A stretch of DNA of 39,070 nt from Promethearchaeota archaeon (lineage in GTDB: Archaea; Asgardarchaeota; Lokiarchaeia; Sigyniarchaeales; SOKP01): assembly GCA_016930515.1 (NCBI GenBank), contig JAFGGO010000189.1:1-39070 (forward strand), read 5' to 3'. Shown one piece after another: positions 28,590 through 38,863 of this stretch; the first letter of the stretch is position 1; each line of letters starts with the position of its first letter. A program made the translations under genes and the position numbers. Under the pieces are notes generated by a model that had not been told where the DNA came from, searched no databases, and saw only the letters and a list, made by a program, of their open reading frames with translations.

Positions 28590-29783
28590 ATGGATCCTGA
28601 AAAAATAGAAAGATTAAGGGCCTCTTTAAGAAGGGACGCCGAAGTTGGCATACATGGCATAAAAGACTCAGATGCTGTAAGATTATACGATGAAAAGGAC
28701 GATCTGAATGGGTATACCGACATTCGACCCTCTTTTTTTCGAGATGTAGATCGCATCGTTCACAGTAAAGCATATTCCAGATATATTGATAAAACACAAG
28801 TGTTCTTCGATGTTAATAATGCAAACATAACTCATCGATCTTTACATGTGTTATTAGTATCACGATTGAGTCGCCAAATAGGAAGAGTTCTTAAATTAAA
28901 TACAGACTTGATCGAAGCAATTTCGCTAGGACACGATATTGGTCACGCACCTTATGGTCATTTAGGAGAGGAAATCTTAAACGAAATATGTATTAGACAG
29001 GGTGCAGGAGCCTACATGCATAACGCACAAGGCGTGCGCTGGTTGTCTTATTTAGAGCGAAGGTTTCCAAAAGAACCTGCAAGTGGATTAAATCTGACAT
29101 TACATGTTTTGGACGGCATTCTCTGTCATGATGGAGAAATAAACGAGCGCCATTTAAAGCCGATCGAAGTTAACGGTAAATCTTGGGACGACCATTTCAA
29201 GGAATATAAGGATTGTTTTGAGAGTAATAAAATCAAGCGCGTCCCCATGACATTCGAAGGAATCGCTGTTCGATTCGCAGACACGATTTCTTATATTGGT
29301 CGGGATATTGAAGATGCGATCTTGTTAAAGCTCATTTCGCGGGATCAAATTCCTAAAAATTGCGTAAAGATGCTCGGAGACACGAATCGAAAGATCATCA
29401 ATAGCTTGGTCATGGATTTGATTAATTACAGCTTGGATCACGATGTGATTGGCTATTCAAAACCAATTTATGAGGCATTAAAGGAACTCAAGAAATTTAA
29501 TTACGATAATATTTACCTCATCAGAGACGATTCAATGAATACCATTACAAAAGAAAGATTTGAATTGATTTTTGATATTTCTCTAAAAGATTTGAAAGAT
29601 CAAAATATTAACGCCCCAATTTTCAAAGATCATGTGGAATACATTGACGATCCTGACCTTGGTACTTATTTTGAACCTCACCGAAAAGCAAATACATTGT
29701 CAATCGTCGTTCGGGATTACATCGCAGGAATGTCCGATAAGTATTTTGCTGAGATATATACGAGATTAAAAAATAGGATTTAA
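28590..29783 (+). CDS. dGTP triphosphohydrolase-like HD-domain protein
   Basis: RDVDRIVHSKAYSRYIDKTQVF, HRSLH, GHDIGHAPYGHLGE, HNAQG, ADTISY and DYIAGMSD motifs of the Dgt family. Confidence 0.92.
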   Translation: MDPEKIERLRASLRRDAEVGIHGIKDSDAVRLYDEKDDLNGYTDIRPSFFRDVDRIVHSKAYSRYIDKTQVFFDVNNANITHRSLHVLLVSRLSRQIGRVLKLNTDLIEAISLGHDIGHAPYGHLGEEILNEICIRQGAGAYMHNAQGVRWLSYLERRFPKEPASGLNLTLHVLDGILCHDGEINERHLKPIEVNGKSWDDHFKEYKDCFESNKIKRVPMTFEGIAVRFADTISYIGRDIEDAILLKLISRDQIPKNCVKMLGDTNRKIINSLVMDLINYSLDHDVIGYSKPIYEALKELKKFNYDNIYLIRDDSMNTITKERFELIFDISLKDLKDQNINAPIFKDHVEYIDDPDLGTYFEPHRKANTLSIVVRDYIAGMSDKYFAEIYTRLKNRI

Positions 29784-29848
29784 TTAACACCACAATCCGT
29801 AATAATTAATTCAATAAATTATAATTTATAATAGAAAAATAAATTTAC

Positions 29849-30853
29849 TTAAGCAAACTTGATGTTGATTGCTCCATAAGGACATACTTCCTTGCACTTC
29901 AAGCAGAAATTACACTCACCATTTCCAGAGTAAAATTCATACGGTTCGTCTAAGATTTTTATCTGTTTTGGACAGGCATTTTCGCAGATACCGCATTCGG
30001 TTCTTCCTACGCATTTAACGGGACTACGGGAGAGTTTTAGAAAAGAATACTTGCTACCCATTGAAAATATGGCTCCAACGGGGCAGAAATACTTGCAATA
30101 CAATCTCGGATACCAAACGGAACCTATTATAATTGCTAGATATACGATATATAAAACAAATAAAATGCCATTTTCAAATAAAGGTTCTAAATTTCCAGAT
30201 GTGAAAACTTGCCCAAAAATATTAGGCATGGTATAAAACAAAAATTCGGATAATGAGAAATAACCAAGGGGGTTTTGAGCAATAGAGATAACGCTTTGTT
30301 TGTAATTAGTGTAAAATTCTGGATCAAGGGTTTTCGATACAAATAAGGGAATTAAAACGCATAGGACCAAGATTACAGGAACGAATTTTAATTTGAGCAG
30401 TTTTTTATGAGTGGTTTGCTTGATTGATTTTTTGTTTTTTGTGGGGATCGCGTGACATGCATCTTGAATGGCACCTACAGGACAGATCCATCCACAAAAG
30501 AAGCGATTAGTCAACAAGAGAATTAAAATAAGAATGCCAATTAAAAACACGGGAAAAACGCCTTCAACAAAAGAGTAATAAATATATTCGACGATACCCG
30601 CCCCTCCTGTTAAATGGTTATTTGGAGAGCTTAGGAAAGGTACGACCTTGAAAAGACCGTCAAGAACAAGTAGATTAACGGAAAAGATCAATTCAAGAAT
30701 CACATAATTTAGTATAACAAACGCAACGATTTGTACTATCCTTCGCGCTATTGTTATTGTATGGTCAGCAAATTTGAATTCTTTTTTATATTTTATAAAT
30801 TTAGACTTAAGCGACATGTAAAATTTCCTTTGTAATCGTTGTACTTTTTCCAC
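29849..30853 (-). CDS. NapH/MauN-type membrane 4Fe-4S binding protein; start is probably the ATG of MSLK
   Basis: RFFCGWICPVG and YCKYFCPVG motifs, C-terminal ferredoxin motifs (CGICENACP, CNFCLKCKEVCP), several TMs. Confidence 0.9.
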   Translation of the reverse strand: MEKVQRLQRKFYMSLKSKFIKYKKEFKFADHTITIARRIVQIVAFVILNYVILELIFSVNLLVLDGLFKVVPFLSSPNNHLTGGAGIVEYIYYSFVEGVFPVFLIGILILILLLTNRFFCGWICPVGAIQDACHAIPTKNKKSIKQTTHKKLLKLKFVPVILVLCVLIPLFVSKTLDPEFYTNYKQSVISIAQNPLGYFSLSEFLFYTMPNIFGQVFTSGNLEPLFENGILFVLYIVYLAIIIGSVWYPRLYCKYFCPVGAIFSMGSKYSFLKLSRSPVKCVGRTECGICENACPKQIKILDEPYEFYSGNGECNFCLKCKEVCPYGAINIKFA

Positions 30854-31004
30854 AATTGATGATAAAGGTATAAATTAATTCTAATTTAAAAAAATTCTTT
30901 AATTTCGCCAAGTCTATATCATATGAAATGATCTAATTAAGAAAAAATAAAGGTAATATAAAAAAACTAATTTATCTCAATTTTGAATAGTTTGAAAATT
31001 GTTT

Positions 31005-32915
31005 TTATTTTAGAATGACAGTTTCTCTATTTTTAGGAGATTTTGTAGCTTTCTTCAGTTTTTTGTGTATCATTGTTGATAAACTCACGCACTTACTTTC
31101 CTCACCGTGGTTTGTAATGACGACCTTGGGGCGTGGTTGTATCCTCCTTAGAAATTGCGAAATTTGACTTCGAGAAGAGTGTCCGCTAAATCCTTCTAAA
31201 GTAAAAACATTCAGATTCAGTTTTACGAGTTGAGTTCGCCCTTTAGCGTCAACATATTGAAATTCCTTGAATCCACGCTGTATTCTATTTCCAAGCGTCC
31301 CAGAGACTTGGTAAGAAACGAAGATTAATGCGCTTTTTTCGTCTTGTGCGATTCCTTTGAGATATTGCACTGAAGGACCTCCAATGAGCATGCCGCTCGT
31401 AGCTAAAATGATGCAGGGCCCACCTTGAAGGATATCCATTCGTTCTTCTTGAGCGCTAATCGTGGTGAAAATATCGCTTAAGAAAGGATTTTTTCCTTGG
31501 TGGAGGATTTTTTCTCGAAGGTCACTACTAAGAAAATCGGGATTAGCCGTGTGTATGGCCGTAGCCTCGCTAATAAGGCCATCGATGAATACGGGAACAT
31601 TGGGGATGATGCCCTTCGAGATGAATTCTTCGAGAACAATGATGAGTTCTTGAGCTCTTCCTACAGCTAATACAGGAATGAGAATTTTTCCACCACGGTT
31701 TATAACGGTATTTAGAATCTGTCGCAGTTCCCTCTCGGAGTCTTGTCTACTTGGAATGCGATCTTGAGAACCACCGTAAGTTGATTCAATTAACAAGCTT
31801 TCGACTCGAGGAAATTTAACAGCCGCTTTTTCTAATAATCGGGTTTTTTGATACTTGAAGTCTCCTGTATATACAAAATTATAACCACCTTTTCCGAAAT
31901 GCAAGTGCACGATGGAAGAACCCAAAATATGACCACTATTGTGGAGCGTTAACTTGATGTCGGGAGCTATATCGGTAACTTTTCCCCACGCAAGAGGAAT
32001 CGTGTGAAGGACGGTAGTTTTCACATCTCTCCGGGAATAAGGAGGATGTTGTCCCTCTTTTTCGCTAATTTGCACGAAATCAAGCTGCTGCATTGTCATC
32101 AAATTGCGCGTTGGTAAAGTTGTATATGTGGGACCTCGATAACCATACTTATATAGGAATGGAACTAATCCACAGTGATCGAGGTGAGCGTGAGAAATGA
32201 TTACAGCGTCAAGATCTCTTACACTAAATTCTGGAACATCGAAGAAAGGGAATCTATCATTTGGATTACCTATATTTAGACCACAATCGATAAGAACGCT
32301 GCTGTCTCGAGTTTGCATGAGGATCGCCGATCGTCCAACCTCTCGAAATCCTCCAAGTGCCGTCATGCGGATTTCTAAATCGTTAAATAAAGCGGGTCTG
32401 TGAATTTTTCTGCCAATTTTTACCAATATTTCTTTTTGAGTTTGTCTTTCTTTTGAAAGCATTTGTCGTATCAGCGATATCGTTTTTGACTCAATTGGAG
32501 GCGTTCTGATTGTTTTAGGTTGCCAAAACGTGTTTGTTCTGATCTCTTTCAGGTTAATTCCTTTTTTACCAATGACTAGCCCGGGTTTTCCGCTTGAAAT
32601 GATCACTTCCCCACGGGTATGGTCAAACTCGATAGCAGAAATCTCCGCCTCTTCCCCGACTAAGCTCCTAATATATGCTTCGGTTTCTGTTGGATCTTTT
32701 CTTTTTTCCACGTTCCAACGAAAAACTATTCGTTTCCTCATCGTTTTCGCAAGATCCTTAAGCATGTTGCTGTTTTCAATTGCATCTAGATCGGAATTCT
32801 CAGAATAAACTGCAATTTCGGGACCTTCAAATTCGATGTTTTTTACTTTTATTTCAGGAGGAAGGTTCTTTACGATTTCTGCTTTTATTTTTTCCAATTC
32901 AGTTTCGTACGACAT
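31005..32915 (-). CDS. fttA: Beta-CASP ribonuclease aCPSF1 / transcription termination factor FttA
   Basis: N-terminal KH domains (EFEGPEIAVY, KPGLVIGK), LGGFREVGRS, HAHLDH, GHILGS and GFSGHS motifs; 636 aa. Confidence 0.96.
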   Translation of the reverse strand: MSYETELEKIKAEIVKNLPPEIKVKNIEFEGPEIAVYSENSDLDAIENSNMLKDLAKTMRKRIVFRWNVEKRKDPTETEAYIRSLVGEEAEISAIEFDHTRGEVIISSGKPGLVIGKKGINLKEIRTNTFWQPKTIRTPPIESKTISLIRQMLSKERQTQKEILVKIGRKIHRPALFNDLEIRMTALGGFREVGRSAILMQTRDSSVLIDCGLNIGNPNDRFPFFDVPEFSVRDLDAVIISHAHLDHCGLVPFLYKYGYRGPTYTTLPTRNLMTMQQLDFVQISEKEGQHPPYSRRDVKTTVLHTIPLAWGKVTDIAPDIKLTLHNSGHILGSSIVHLHFGKGGYNFVYTGDFKYQKTRLLEKAAVKFPRVESLLIESTYGGSQDRIPSRQDSERELRQILNTVINRGGKILIPVLAVGRAQELIIVLEEFISKGIIPNVPVFIDGLISEATAIHTANPDFLSSDLREKILHQGKNPFLSDIFTTISAQEERMDILQGGPCIILATSGMLIGGPSVQYLKGIAQDEKSALIFVSYQVSGTLGNRIQRGFKEFQYVDAKGRTQLVKLNLNVFTLEGFSGHSSRSQISQFLRRIQPRPKVVITNHGEESKCVSLSTMIHKKLKKATKSPKNRETVILK

Positions 32916-33264
32916 TAGTTTTCCTTATTAAGTTGTAGTTTTAAGTTATTAGATTAAAGAAATTTAAGATAATTAATTCACGATATTTGATTATTTATAA
33001 TTGTTATTTTGAAATGTTAATCAAGGATAGATATTTTTTTTAATTCATTTAAAAACGATTTATTGTTGTTTTCAAGAATATTCCATTTGTGAATAGAATT
33101 TTCTTCTTTTTCTTATACATTAGAAATAAGAACTATTTTAGAACGAATTATGTCTAAATTTCTAAGTTAAATATAGTGCTATTAAATAAAAACCTTTTGC
33201 TTGTTAGTATTCAGATCAATGCTTCAAAACGCATTACATATGGGCAAACCTTTTTCTTTTAAAA

Positions 33265-33912
33265 ATGATTAGATTCAACATGCCCAAAACAAAGATAGGA
33301 GCAATCGCAAGCGGGAGTGGATCTAACTTTGATGCAATAGTCAAATCCACAAAAATCGGTTTGTTAAAAAATAAAGCAAGCGTTGAAGTTCTCATCTGTA
33401 ACAAAGTAGGAAAGTATTGTATCGAAAGAGCAAAGAATCATGACATACCACATGTAATTATAGAATCCGATAAACACGAGGGAACAAGAGAAGAATTCGA
33501 CGCAAAGATGATCGATGTATTAAAGAAATTCGATTGTGATCTAATCGTCTTGGTAGGCTACATGAGACTCGTTTCAACTTCGTTTATAAGGGCATTTAAT
33601 GGTAATGTGATGAATATTCATCCGGCCCTCTTACCATCTTTTAAAGGAATGCACGCCCATAGGGATGTGTTAGAATATGGTGTGAAGGTAACGGGATGTA
33701 CCGTTCATTTCGTGGATCCCGAAGAGGATCACGGACCAATCATTTTACAGAAATGCGTGCCTGTACTTGATTCAGACACGGAGGATAGCTTGGGAGAAAG
33801 AGTATTAGAATGGGAGCACAAGATCTTTCCAAAATGCATTGAATTATTCCACGATAAAAGGTTGCGCGTTGTAGGACGAAAAGTATTCGTAGAAGGATAC
33901 ATTGATCTTTAA
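33265..33912 (+). CDS. purN: Phosphoribosylglycinamide formyltransferase
   Basis: ASGSGSN, LVGYMRL, NIHPALLPSFKG, GCTVHFV..EEDHGPII and EH motifs. Confidence 0.95.
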   Translation: MIRFNMPKTKIGAIASGSGSNFDAIVKSTKIGLLKNKASVEVLICNKVGKYCIERAKNHDIPHVIIESDKHEGTREEFDAKMIDVLKKFDCDLIVLVGYMRLVSTSFIRAFNGNVMNIHPALLPSFKGMHAHRDVLEYGVKVTGCTVHFVDPEEDHGPIILQKCVPVLDSDTEDSLGERVLEWEHKIFPKCIELFHDKRLRVVGRKVFVEGYIDL

Positions 33913-34100
33913 AATTGATTTAAACTTGCGGGAAATAAGTTCGTTGAAAATTCTGACCCATCTGATAGTTGAGAAATAATTATTCTTCAATTAAATGTAG
34001 AAGATCTTGAGTTTTGAGAATCCTTATTTCCCGCACCTTTTTGGCAAAAAATAATTATATTTTGAAATCTAGAATCCTCTTCTTTTCCTCAAGTTTACTT

Positions 34101-34380
34101 TTAACGACACCAAAAAATACACACTCCTTCTCTTCCTAATTCTGCATTAGTAAATCGAGTTTTCGAGAATAAATCTTCGATACCTTCCTTGTTGTATAGT
34201 TTGGCTTCAAAACTGCTTCGTCCCATTTTTTCACAATTTCGCACCATTTAGCATTATTTTCAATATCGAACAGACCAGGGATCATTGTTTCACCAACAAA
34301 TAAAACTCCATCATCCTTAAGAAGATGATAAATATCATTAAATACGCTCAATTTAAACGATTCATCTAACTTTTGATTTG
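34101..34380 (-). pseudogene. Frameshifted C-terminal remnant of a class I SAM-dependent methyltransferase
   Basis: VFNDIYHLLKDDGVLFVGETMIP (post-motif II LKxGG-like); after a frameshift near 34210 it continues FEAKLYNKEGIEDLFSKTRFTNAEL; no SAM-binding N-terminus. Confidence 0.6.
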
Positions 34381-34521
34381 GAAATACAAAAAAATTGTAT
34401 TGTTTAATTTTAACATATAAAGTCTTAATTACTATTCATATAAATAAAATTTAATCAAATTTTAATCGAATAAAACCCAATACTACTTAAACTTGGATTA
34501 AACTTGTTGATTACTTAAATC

Positions 34522-36711
34522 ATGACTCGTCGAAAACAAACATCAGAAATTGTTGCTTTAATGAAAAAAACGGAAAATCTTAGGAATATCGGCTTAGTTG
34601 GACATATTGATCACGGTAAAACTACTTTAAGCGATTCGCTCTTGAGCGAAGCTGGCTTTTTATCCCCTGAATTAGCGGGAGAAGCCCGCGCGTTGGATTA
34701 TTTAGAGGAGGAACAAAAACGTGGTATCACGATGAAATCTACGAATATATCGCTATATTATGAGGAATCCGTGAAAGGACGAGAACCATTTTTAATAAAC
34801 TTAATTGATACTCCAGGACATTTGGACTTTAGCGGAAAGGTTACTCGAGCCTTAAGATTAATTGATGGTGTTATCGTAGTAGTCGATGCCGTTGAGGAGA
34901 TCATCGCCCAATCGGAGACCGTTATTAAGCAAGCCTTGCAAGAGGGTGTTAGGCCTGTATTGTTCATAAACAAGGTAGATCGCTTAATTAGAGAATTAAA
35001 ACTTTCTGATGAGCAAATAAGAAAGAAATATTCGCGGATTATAAACGACTTTAACAAGCTCATTGAAAGATATGCAGGAGAACCATACAATAAGACGTGG
35101 AAAGTATCTCCAGTAGATGGAAATATAGTTTTTGGAAGTGCACTCCACAAATGGGGATTTACCTTAGAAATCCTAGAAGGAAGTTCGCTAAAATTTATCG
35201 ATATACGAAAAAGATATCAAAAGGAAACATATAACAAGGAGAGTTATTCGGATTTAGCCGTTTATTTACCAATTCACGAAGCAATCTTGAAAATGGTCGT
35301 CGATCACCTTCCTAATCCCATAAAAGCTCAAAAATATAGAATACAAAAAATATGGACAGGAGAGCTCGATTCACCCATAGGAAAGGCCATGACAGAATGC
35401 AACCCAAACGGACCATTAATCGTATGCTTGAGTAAGGTTCAAGCGATCAAGCAACACCTCGTCGCAACGGGCAGGGTTTTCTCAGGAATTTGCAAGAAGA
35501 GAAGAGACATGTATCTCGTAAAAGAAAAAACGAACGAGTCTATTCAAAGAATATCTTTATTTATGGGACAAAGAAGGGAAAATGTAGAAGAAATCCCCGT
35601 TGGAAACATCGTAGCGATTGAAGGAATCAAGGGCGTTAAAAGTGGTGACACACTCGTTGAGAGCAAATATTCAAATGATATGGTCCCATTTGAAAGCGTG
35701 AAATATGTTTCGACCCCAGTTGTTACTGTATCTGTTGAACCAGAATATTTAAGAGATTTAGATCGCATGAAACAACTCATAGAGGATATGCTAGTTGAAG
35801 ATCCTAACCTGTATTTCGAGATCAAGAAGGAAAACGGAGAATATCTGCTTTCAGGCACGGGACCTCTACATCTTGAAGTTACAGCAGATGAGATTAAGAA
35901 GCGAGGAGTTAAACTTTCCATTTCTGAACCAAGGGCAGTTTTTAAAGAATCTTGTAAGAGAAAATCCTCATTGATTTCTGTGAAAAGTCAGAATGGTAAG
36001 AGTTCAATGGATTTGATAATCGAAAGACTTGATAACCAGACATTCAACTTTTTTAAGGATCACAACCACGCCTCTTTAAAATTTTCGCCCCGTTTTTCAC
36101 AACTCATGAAAGAGAATACTAATTTATCCCAGACCGAAATTGATAATTTCTGTAAGTGCGATGAAGACTTCAATGTTCTAATATTTGAAGATTTTACTCG
36201 CAATAGCAAACAACTTAACGATATGATCTTAGAAATTATTGAAACCATATGTTTGAGTGGTCCTTTATGTGGTGAAAAATTGACGGAAATAAAGATCCAT
36301 GTGAAAAACTTTGTTTTAAGCGATTATAATGAAGAAAATATTTTTACTGATTTGTCAACCATGTTCTACGAAGCAACCAAGAACGCTTTAGAAGAAGCCA
36401 AATTAATTTTGTTAGAACCAATATATAGAACATTCATTCAATTACCTCCAGAACAGGTGAAAAAAACTTTAGCCTTGCTTTCAAAATATTCTGCTAAAGT
36501 TGTTCAACTCGACCAAGAGGACGATTTCCAAACAGTAATTGAGATCCTACTCCCTGTGAGATACTCTATTAAATTTGCCGAAGACATTCGGTCAACAACT
36601 TCCGGAAAAGCTTTTTGGCAAAACGAATTTCACGCTTTTTTAGAAGTTCCTTCGCACGAAGCAGGCGAGATTATAGGAAATTTGCGTTTTAACAAGGGTC
36701 TTTCATGGTAA
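34522..36711 (+). CDS. Elongation factor 2 paralog (aEF-2p type), lacking the diphthamide His
   Basis: GHIDHGKTT, RGITM, DTPGH, NKVD, GSALHKWG, GPLHLE and LLEP motifs; the domain IV loop lacks the H-R-G motif. Confidence 0.9.
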   Translation: MTRRKQTSEIVALMKKTENLRNIGLVGHIDHGKTTLSDSLLSEAGFLSPELAGEARALDYLEEEQKRGITMKSTNISLYYEESVKGREPFLINLIDTPGHLDFSGKVTRALRLIDGVIVVVDAVEEIIAQSETVIKQALQEGVRPVLFINKVDRLIRELKLSDEQIRKKYSRIINDFNKLIERYAGEPYNKTWKVSPVDGNIVFGSALHKWGFTLEILEGSSLKFIDIRKRYQKETYNKESYSDLAVYLPIHEAILKMVVDHLPNPIKAQKYRIQKIWTGELDSPIGKAMTECNPNGPLIVCLSKVQAIKQHLVATGRVFSGICKKRRDMYLVKEKTNESIQRISLFMGQRRENVEEIPVGNIVAIEGIKGVKSGDTLVESKYSNDMVPFESVKYVSTPVVTVSVEPEYLRDLDRMKQLIEDMLVEDPNLYFEIKKENGEYLLSGTGPLHLEVTADEIKKRGVKLSISEPRAVFKESCKRKSSLISVKSQNGKSSMDLIIERLDNQTFNFFKDHNHASLKFSPRFSQLMKENTNLSQTEIDNFCKCDEDFNVLIFEDFTRNSKQLNDMILEIIETICLSGPLCGEKLTEIKIHVKNFVLSDYNEENIFTDLSTMFYEATKNALEEAKLILLEPIYRTFIQLPPEQVKKTLALLSKYSAKVVQLDQEDDFQTVIEILLPVRYSIKFAEDIRSTTSGKAFWQNEFHAFLEVPSHEAGEIIGNLRFNKGLSW

Positions 36712-36743
36712 TGAACCGATAAATATAATCCTGCACTAATTTA

Positions 36744-37901
36744 TCAAATAAATTCTGCTAAGGTTTTAAGAAGCCTACTTAGCGTTTCAGCAAGAGGAAT
36801 GAATATCATTTTTACTTTAACTTTTAGTTCCCTTACCGTAAGATCAGTCATAATGACAAGAATGGTTGATTCTAAAATCTTCATACTTTCTTTAAAGAGG
36901 AGTTCTAACTGATTCCCAATTGACACGACCATTTGTGGTGCGTTATTGATAAAATCTGCACCTAAAAGATTAGTAACAGCCATCGAATAATGATTAAACA
37001 ATATAGATACGAGTTCGCTAAAAGCACTCTGAAATAAGTCAGAAAAATCGCCAACAAAATTTATATTATCCAAATTTATTTTCTTAGCTAAAGAATCGCT
37101 ACCATTTATCATTATTGAAGCTAATTTTGTAACATCTGATATGTGAGAAGAGAGGACGATAAACCCCTCGTTTTTACCAGACATGTCGCACCAAGAAAAA
37201 AACACCTTATCGTTGTTTTTTCCTAAGGCTCTTTCGAGGTCAATACTCTGAAAGATTTCAACCGAAGGTATGTTAATATCAACCCGTTTATTGATCATTC
37301 TCGCAAGTGCATTTGCTGCATTACCAGCACCAATATTTCCTATTTCTTTGAGAGCGTCTTTTTGATCTTCCTCGAGTTTTATACCTTCTTTTGCTTGATC
37401 TAGAACGGCACTTTCTTTAGTTTTTTCAATGGAATTTGATACTTTTCCTCTGAAAGATAATTTTTCTTCTGAAATATCATTATTTGATTCCGCTGTTGCA
37501 AATAACTCGGTAGATAAGCTTTTTTTGTATAAATTCATAAAATCGTCTTTATTCATTTGAGTAATAACCTTATTTTCAATTTCTAAGATTTCCTCTAAAG
37601 TTTTTAAAATATCTAGCTGAGTTTTCTCGGACATAAAATATAATTCAATTTCAAGACCGACTTCACCTGCATCTAGAATTGAAAAATCTGGTTTACTAAA
37701 AAAAATCTTCCCGATCTTGCTTAATTCTCTTAGAATGATATATGTTCGTACTTTTCGTAGTTTACAGGTAGGATTTAAACGGATGTATATTTTAAAACAA
37801 ATTTGACGATTATCAGATAGGGCGCGCTGAAATTGATCGAAAGATTCTGGTCCCTTTTCTATAAATTCTTCGATATTACAGCACCTCGTTCGCGACTCCA
37901 A
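36744..37901 (-). CDS. CheA-P2-like domain fused to CheC-family phosphatase (start uncertain)
   Basis: FKIYIRLNPTCKLRKVRTYIILRELSKIGKIFFSKP resembles the CheA P2 domain; DALKEIGNIGAGNAANALARMINKRVDINIPSV is the CheC motif. Confidence 0.82.
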   Translation of the reverse strand: MESRTRCCNIEEFIEKGPESFDQFQRALSDNRQICFKIYIRLNPTCKLRKVRTYIILRELSKIGKIFFSKPDFSILDAGEVGLEIELYFMSEKTQLDILKTLEEILEIENKVITQMNKDDFMNLYKKSLSTELFATAESNNDISEEKLSFRGKVSNSIEKTKESAVLDQAKEGIKLEEDQKDALKEIGNIGAGNAANALARMINKRVDINIPSVEIFQSIDLERALGKNNDKVFFSWCDMSGKNEGFIVLSSHISDVTKLASIMINGSDSLAKKINLDNINFVGDFSDLFQSAFSELVSILFNHYSMAVTNLLGADFINNAPQMVVSIGNQLELLFKESMKILESTILVIMTDLTVRELKVKVKMIFIPLAETLSRLLKTLAEFI

Positions 37902-38105
37902 GGAATATAATTGTATGTAATCCTTAATAGTTTTTTAATCTTTTTATCATGGAAAGCAATAGTTCTTGCTCGTAGGGATTTTAGATAATCTTGTCAATTT
38001 CTTTAGAGTAATAGTGATTTCAGTAGACATTTTTAATGTTTTAGATATGAAAAGTGTTAATAATTCTTGTTGCCTGCTAGTATTTTATTTTTAATTCAAG
38101 AATTT

Positions 38106-38530
38106 TTATATCGCGAGGAAAAAATCAATATTTACCTTTTCAACTATTATTTTATAGAGATTCTTGACTTCGCCATTGAATTTTGCATCAATTAATTCTC
38201 GATATTCACTTCTCTGGAATTTTAAACGGGTCGATAAGTTGTATAAGGTAATTATTATCATGTTATTTTTTAATCTTAATGAAGAAAGGTTATTTTGGGG
38301 TTATCAACTTGAATGAAATTTCCTAAAATTTTTTCAGAGGGTCTTGCGTTATTTAATACTAAACTAGGTGGTGATTGAGAAAGCTTTTCTGCATCACTCT
38401 TTGTTTCATTCCTGCTTTTATTATTAAAGGTTTCATCATAGCTTTAAAAATAACATCTTCCACACTATCTATTGTTTGAGTTTCATATTTCTGACCCGAG
38501 CTTGTCTCTATTGAATTTATTAAATTATCT
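38106..38530 (-). pseudogene. Possible decayed C-terminal fragment of a GH38 alpha-mannosidase-like gene
   Basis: A start-less frame reads ...FIQVDNPKITFSSLRLKNNMIIITLYNLS..., resembling the GH38 C-terminal pattern; frames are broken upstream. Confidence 0.3.
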
Positions 38531-38689
38531 TGAGTAGTTTTAAATTTCAAATAATGCAATTATATAAAAATTTCCAATTTTTTATAAATAATTAGAAGGT
38601 TATTCGCTTTAATTGAAAATTTTAAATAAAAGAAGGAATTAAGAAGGCTTTAAACAGGAATTAAATATATTCGAAAAAAAGTATTTTGA

Positions 38690-38790
38690 TGCGCCCGCCG
38701 GGAATTGAACCCGGGTCTCATGGTTGGGAACCACGAATACTGACCAGTCCACTTGCGCTAAAATTTTAGCGTAATCTATACTACGAGCGC
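38690..38790 (-). tRNA. tRNA-Gly(CCC) with a 29-nt non-canonical D-loop intron (38747-38775)
   Basis: GCGCTCG TA GTAT AG [intron] TGGTCA GTAT T CGTGG TT CCC AA CCATG AGAC CCGGG TTCAATT CCCGG CGGGCGC A; removing the intron gives a 72-nt cloverleaf. Confidence 0.92.
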
Positions 38791-38863
38791 TTTTTTAAAA
38801 TGACTTTAAATTATTTTAAATCATTTATTATTTATTAAATTATTTAGTTCGGTTCTAAAGAGA

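Noticed and set aside
860..36248. Many short ORFs antisense to or overlapping the long genes (e.g. 860-1114, 2389-2700, 5087-5449, 22607-22882, 34758-35150)
   Set aside because: Shadow frames of well-supported genes, with no motifs of their own.
38359..38559. 66-aa ORF as a real small protein or histone
   Set aside because: No histone-fold pattern; better explained as part of a frameshifted remnant.
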